A stretch of DNA of 62,946 nucleotides, counting the filler, from Hyphochytrium catenoides (lineage: Eukaryota; Protista; Hyphochytriomycota): NCBI GenBank assembly GCA_900088475.1. It is 12 parts of 12 records of this genome, joined end to end, with 100 filler letters (N's around TTAATTAATTAA, not from the genome) between each part and the next. Parts side by side here need not be neighbours in the genome. Positions count along the whole stretch, not along the records: positions 61,591 to 62,946 come from FLMG01001167.1; 11 more parts are not named here. One strand, given 5' to 3'. This document shows, piece by piece, positions 61,491 through 62,946 of this stretch (the first letter of the stretch is position 1; every line of letters begins with the position of its first letter). Position numbers and translations under genes: made by a program. The notes beneath the pieces were generated by a model. It did no database searches. It was given only the letters and a program-made list of their open reading frames with translations, and was not told where the DNA came from.

Positions 61491-62299
61491 NNNNNNNNNN
61501 NNNNNNNNNNNNNNNNNNNNNNNNNNNNNNNNNNTTAATTAATTAANNNNNNNNNNNNNNNNNNNNNNNNNNNNNNNNNNNNNNNNNNNNTTGCCAGCAA
61601 TAATCATCAAAAATCTATAGGTTGTTACAGAGATCGCGTGTTAAATAAGGGGAAGAAGCTGGTTTGGAGCTTGTTGAGCTCGCGATGAGTCTGCGTAGAA
61701 CCCGTGGCTAGTGGGTCTACCTTAACTTGACCGAGAGACTAATACTGTCAGATACATGTATGTGCGGTACGTCTTGGCAGACGGGCTCGATTGGTGGTTT
61801 GAAGAACTGCGTTGTGACGGAGAATAGGCATTAGAAGATAGACATGAGAAGCAGCACCTGCTGGAGCAGCTTTAAGGGTGTGAAGCCGACACTCTTACAC
61901 CGCCGCTAATGATGCTCCTACGTTATCACTAAGCCTCGAGGGGCAAGAATTGAGCATGATGGGACCATCCGGCAGCAGATACCTGTAAAGTCCCTAGCCA
62001 ACTCATAGCCTGGTTTCGCTCCCAATAAGTCAAGTCATATATTGGCTAAGCGGCAACGGTGAGGACAGGTAAAGCTCTTGGACCTCCATCTTCATGGCAC
62101 ACGGACCGCCGAAGGAAGAAGGAGATCCTTGTTTTTTATTGGAACTTTCTCAATGTCCTCCTTCCATGGCGTTAATGCCTGCACCAAGGTGCCCATTCTG
62201 GGGACAGAAGCAGCCTTTGTGCCTCGAAGTCCTCCTCTTATAAAAAGAAAGCTCCTGTTAGGGAGGGAGAGTAATACGGAAGTAACAGACCTCATCCCG

Positions 62300-62946
62300 C
62301 CCACCCAACAAAGTTCCCCAGCCGGTGACGGTGTCCAGAAGAGTAGAAGTAAGACTACTTCGCTAACTTTGGGAATCAGGGAGGACAGATCCCTCAAGGT
62401 ACTGAGGCGAGAGGCCCTTAGCTTCCCGCTTCTTTATCAATCGAGAAAAGGGTATCGAGTAAAGTACGAGTTAACCGTCTGTTAGCAGGCCCCTGACGAG
62501 GGTGGAGTAAAGCGGGCGACCCCTACAAGAACCAGTAAACTCTTACCAAGGACGCGACGACTCTATCGCAGTATCAATATCCCACTAGTTCCCTCCTCAA
62601 CTAGTGGAGCGGATAGCAAGAAGGGCCGGCTTCCTCTGGCAAAAATTCATCAGCGGCGAGCAACAGATCCGGTAAAACCGAAGGAGTCTGGCACAATAAT
62701 TCGGGACGCCGGCACGGAGGTACGAGGCTTTGAGAGTACAGAAGGGCGCAGAAAGAGCTCAGGAAAGAACTCATAGGAGATAAGGAGGACTGATGATCGT
62801 AAAGAAAGTGACCCTACCTTTTGGAGCTGCTTCGCATTGAACGCGTTCCAGAGGTCTCTAATGAAAGGCATTTGCTACCCACAGTCAAACCGAAGAAAGT
62901 CTGATACAACCCTGGTCAGAGAGTGGGGACGTCCTGAGGAAGCAAT
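62300..62946 (-). mobile_element. Possible decayed 3' end (restriction-like endonuclease region) of a CRE-type non-LTR element
   Basis: Broken-frame remnants FLRFDCG*QMPF, CRRPELLCQTPSVLPDLLL and EREAK..QYLEG...LLDTVTGWG resemble the RLE layout (LRxRLG; EP..RPDLL; KxxKY...ETxGxWG). Confidence 0.35.

Overview
Eukaryotic draft-genome window from an intron-rich, GA/CT-microsatellite-rich stramenopile. It is most likely an oomycete or other pseudofungus, judged from a clear oomycete-type CesA3. The window is a mosaic of about 12 contigs joined by artificial 100-nt linkers (N44-TTAATTAATTAA-N44), so synteny across linkers is unproven and several genes are truncated. Spliced genes reconstructed by eye: a coiled-coil protein, a split-PH protein, a large EGF/Sig1-type repeat protein, a Kv-type K+ channel fragment, ANKZF1/Vms1-like, a type-I mucin-like membrane protein, cellulose synthase CesA3, a secreted Cys-type glutathione peroxidase, a KRE6/SKN1-like GH16, VPS36 and an LRRC72-like fragment. 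There is also an intronless bacterial-like NiaP/YceI MFS transporter. Decayed CRE-type non-LTR, Ty1/copia and possibly Ty3/gypsy elements and several minisatellites fill the rest. Most notable: a candidate cell-wall neighbourhood around a divergent, intron-rich CesA3 carrying the CAA-tolerance-type Leu at the V1109-equivalent site; a K+ channel with a non-canonical SAGYG filter; the HGT-candidate MFS; and intronic microsatellites whose strand tracks transcription direction. Family assignments are from recalled motifs, not database searches. No prokaryotic-type system (CRISPR etc.) is supported.
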